Part shown: in pieces, positions 61,246 to 64,000 of the stretch
Layout of the letters: each line of letters starts with the position of its first letter
Numbering within the stretch: the stretch's first letter is position 1
From: a virus
Strand: one strand, 5' to 3'
Length of the DNA stretch: 64,000 nt
Virus record (IMG/VR): IMGVR_UViG_3300008459_000024
Coordinates: 14,305-78,304 of that record
Translations under genes and position numbers: made by a program
Notes under the pieces: model-generated
The model's database searches: none
Told to the model about the DNA's origin: nothing
The model's input: the letters and a program-made list of their open reading frames with translations, nothing else

Positions 61246-63369
61246 TTAAATAGTGAAGGTAACTTTTAATGTTTGGTCAATACCACTAAAATAGAAATAG
61301 TAATTAGAGTTCTCATAAGTTGTGGGAGTAACAACATTACTAAACGATAATCCATTACCAACATAAGTTCTATTAGGATATGTTGCTGATGAATATGATA
61401 GATTAAAAATTTGAGAACTTAGAGTAGTTGAGCTAAATTTAATACTTGTACCATTACCACTATAACCAATATCATTAATTAGAGTCGTTGTGCAGTTTGG
61501 ACATCTGTAATCAAATAAACTAAACGTGTTTTTTAATATGTCAAAGTTGTGAATTACTTCAGGGTATGATAATGGTTCGGTATACATTCTAAACTGAGAT
61601 ATCGCACCATCAAATGAACCGGCAAAATTTGGTTCTATAAATATATCTGTCGTTAATGCGGATAATGAAGTACCTGATAAAGTTTGGTTTGGCATACACT
61701 CAGGGTCCTGTTGGTAGGTTAGTCCTGATAGGGTTTGAGGACATGCTGAAAAAGTTAAACTTTCTCTTAATCCTTGTGTTCCTCCTCCCCATGAAATATT
61801 AAATGGTACACCTATTTGTTTTTCTTTTTCTGTGTTTAAACCTCTAGGTATAACTTCCTCAAACCCATTTATTACATAAAATAATCGACCATTAACATAT
61901 AATTTTAAAGAACCTAATCTATAATCACTCTCAATTAACCATTTTTCATTTAAATTAACAATCTCAACTTGTTCAGGTACTGTACCATCAATTTGAGTGT
62001 ATGGTGGTTGAATTAAACTTACAGTATTTTGAGCCAATGAGTTCACATAATATGTGTTTGAAATAATGTCCAATCCTCCTCGGTATAATAAATCACAGTT
62101 ATCAAAGTATGTATTTCTTTCCCATACACAATCAACTAAAAACCAATGTTCTTTAGTTAGAAATCCTGGGTTCACATCTGAACAGTAATTAAAAATTTGA
62201 TTACTTGAACAATATTCAGTCACCGTATACCCTGTGGTATATGTTATACCTGAAGTATCGCAACTACCGGTTGTTTCACATCCACCTGTGAATTTTAATA
62301 CTTTAACACAAATTTTAGGATTTTTAGGGTCGCCTGACAATCTAAGTGAAAAAGTATTAGACATCGAATCGTATAACGGGTCCTTATCGGGAGATTCGAC
62401 AGTTGTTTCAGAACACCCACAATTACAAGTTGTATTATGTTGGCTAGTATAAGTTGTTGGTTCGTAAATATAATCTAAACATCTCGATATTGTCTCGGCG
62501 GTGTTACTACAAGCACAAGTCGATAAACATCCCGATAACGAAGATGTTACTCTTGTATAACCCGAATCAGATAAAGGAGACCCTGTAACATGATGATAAA
62601 ATTTATTCTCAGCTCTGGTTCCAAAATAGAAAAACGTATTATCATTTTGGGGGTAGGTTAAATTAAGAGTTGTTTGAGCCGACGTAGGATAATACTCATC
62701 TTCCTGTCTGGCTCTTAATAACATTTCAACCGACCATCCTAAATTACATCTATTTGGAAAAGTTTCATAATCATACCCAAATAGTTTAAAGAATCCTTGG
62801 TTAAACCCTCCGTATAATTGATTATATATTCCTTCAGTCCCTCCGCTTTTTGATACAATATTATAAACAGTTTGTTTAGTATTACCACTAAATCTATCTG
62901 AATTTGTTGTGTAGGCGGTTATTGGTATTAACTTAGTTCTCCTGTCAAAATGGTATCTATCCCATTTACTTGTACCGGTATATAATCCCATACTGAAATA
63001 TATGGTTTCACCTGACATTTCAGGAACTAATCCATTATCAATACCCGTTAAACCAATATCACATAAAGTATTTCCAGTATAACAACTTAAATCAACATTG
63101 TTAGGATTATAGTAATTTAATGAAACTAATGTGTTACCACTTATAAACGACCCATAGTTTAAATTAAATAATTGAGATGAGTTAGCATTATTTAAATCAA
63201 AATAAATTGGTAATCGATTACCATCATTTACCCCGATAAGTTCGGTTGAAAAGACAACTTCTTCATTGTAATCTTTTTCATCTGAAGACAATGAAATATC
63301 GAAAACTTTTCTTACTGGTTTAATATACCATTTAGGGAAATTGTATTGATTTATATTCTGTTGAGCCAT
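61246..63369 (-). CDS. Cys-rich LamG/concanavalin-like virion protein
   Basis: 707 aa. WSVE, LKLYVNG, FDGAISQFRMY..PLS..EV..NF; about 21 Cys. Confidence 0.65.
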   Translation of the reverse strand: MAQQNINQYNFPKWYIKPVRKVFDISLSSDEKDYNEEVVFSTELIGVNDGNRLPIYFDLNNANSSQLFNLNYGSFISGNTLVSLNYYNPNNVDLSCYTGNTLCDIGLTGIDNGLVPEMSGETIYFSMGLYTGTSKWDRYHFDRRTKLIPITAYTTNSDRFSGNTKQTVYNIVSKSGGTEGIYNQLYGGFNQGFFKLFGYDYETFPNRCNLGWSVEMLLRARQEDEYYPTSAQTTLNLTYPQNDNTFFYFGTRAENKFYHHVTGSPLSDSGYTRVTSSLSGCLSTCACSNTAETISRCLDYIYEPTTYTSQHNTTCNCGCSETTVESPDKDPLYDSMSNTFSLRLSGDPKNPKICVKVLKFTGGCETTGSCDTSGITYTTGYTVTEYCSSNQIFNYCSDVNPGFLTKEHWFLVDCVWERNTYFDNCDLLYRGGLDIISNTYYVNSLAQNTVSLIQPPYTQIDGTVPEQVEIVNLNEKWLIESDYRLGSLKLYVNGRLFYVINGFEEVIPRGLNTEKEKQIGVPFNISWGGGTQGLRESLTFSACPQTLSGLTYQQDPECMPNQTLSGTSLSALTTDIFIEPNFAGSFDGAISQFRMYTEPLSYPEVIHNFDILKNTFSLFDYRCPNCTTTLINDIGYSGNGTSIKFSSTTLSSQIFNLSYSSATYPNRTYVGNGLSFSNVVTPTTYENSNYYFYFSGIDQTLKVTFTI

Positions 63370-63418
63370 TACATATGATAAATAGTTAAATGAGGATATT
63401 TATACATAAAGGATTGAA

Positions 63419-64000
63419 ATGGATTTCAGAAAAGAATATTTTTTATCACCGTACTACTTTTTTCTTAAAGAGAATAAAGAGGAAATAACTCTTTATTTTA
63501 ACGTGTCCGAAACTTTAACTGAGGCAAGAAGAAATGACGAGTTGTTTAATTTTAAAAAAGAACAAAAGAATTTTTTTGATTCTTTTATTATGGAAATTGC
63601 AAAAAAGAAAAAAATTAAAACGTCTAAGGAGTTAAAAAAAGTTTTAGAAAAAAAGAAATCTGAAATTGAGGAGTTGGTTGATTACGACGGAACCTTATCA
63701 AGTTCAAAAATTCCAATAATTAACCCATACCTAACACCAAAAGGTACTACAGACCAAGAAGTTGTTGCAACACACCAAACAAATAATCCTGTTACTCGTG
63801 GTTATAGAGTTTATTGGGGGGAATCTACGGACAAAGAAGATGAGGTGATTAATGAAACTGACATGTCAGATGCGTTTGGATATGAGGAAACTAAAGATAT
63901 GACAGGTCCTGAAACTTTTAAAACCTATATTGATGACTTTGAAATGGACCCTATTGAGGCGGTTAAGCGTACAAAACAACAAGGTAAAGAACCAAATCCT
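63419..64000 (+). CDS. hypothetical protein (partial, runs off window end; not in ORF track)
   Basis: Open frame MDFRKEYFLSPYYFFLKE... to the end of the window, preceded by TATTTAT. Confidence 0.65.
   Translation, partial: MDFRKEYFLSPYYFFLKENKEEITLYFNVSETLTEARRNDELFNFKKEQKNFFDSFIMEIAKKKKIKTSKELKKVLEKKKSEIEELVDYDGTLSSSKIPIINPYLTPKGTTDQEVVATHQTNNPVTRGYRVYWGESTDKEDEVINETDMSDAFGYEETKDMTGPETFKTYIDDFEMDPIEAVKRTKQQGKEPNP

Larger units (their letters stand above)
4854..63403. promoter_or_regulatory. dispersed TATTTAT putative late promoter (18 sites)
   Basis: Sense-strand copies upstream of genes at 4854, 14058, 16398, 20620, 26421, 37505, 39424, 40940, 41837, 45117, 46923, 52471, 56179, 61225, 63378 (minus) and 48733, 50278, 63397 (plus). 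Confidence 0.7.

Noticed and set aside
1193-62452. Numerous 60-166 aa ORFs nested in or antisense to long genes (e.g. 38637..39137, 39849..40220, 34714..35064)
   Set aside because: Shadow frames of real genes with no motifs or independent expression signals.
1-64000. Stop-codon reassignment as in some large phages
   Set aside because: Genes are full length and tightly packed in the standard code; TGA and TAG appear as real stops.
1-64000. CRISPR array, tRNA or rRNA genes
   Set aside because: Intergenic gaps are short and show no repeat-spacer or cloverleaf patterns by eye.

Overview
AT-rich, gene-dense segment of a large contractile-tailed (myovirus-like, distantly T4-like) phage. A Bacteroidota host is inferred from SprB-type repeats, A-rich leaders without Shine-Dalgarno sites and a eukaryote/Bacteroidota-type class Ia RNR. 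The window holds baseplate/tail genes (wedge, gp25, hub, LysM-like, tape measure, chaperone, tube, sheath, terminator, neck), a replication block (nrdAB, DnaB, 5'-3' exonuclease, RecA, gp32-like SSB), a SNF2 helicase, family B DNA polymerase, two free-standing endonucleases, two small RHH proteins, a SOD fused to a nuclease-like domain and a five-gene glycosyltransferase cluster. The most striking pattern is a candidate virion protein glycosylation system: the GT cluster (GT60-like, HtrL-like and GT-A enzymes) lies among structural genes, and structural proteins, but not the enzymes, are strongly enriched in a [S/T]-[G/A]-x-T motif that looks like a sequon. Other notable signals are a probable +1 frameshift (UUU_UUU_CGU) in the tail chaperone gene, a recurring TATTTAT late-promoter motif, and RNA-level motifs upstream of recA and polB. 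All family assignments come from motif recognition by eye, not database searches, and motif counts are manual.
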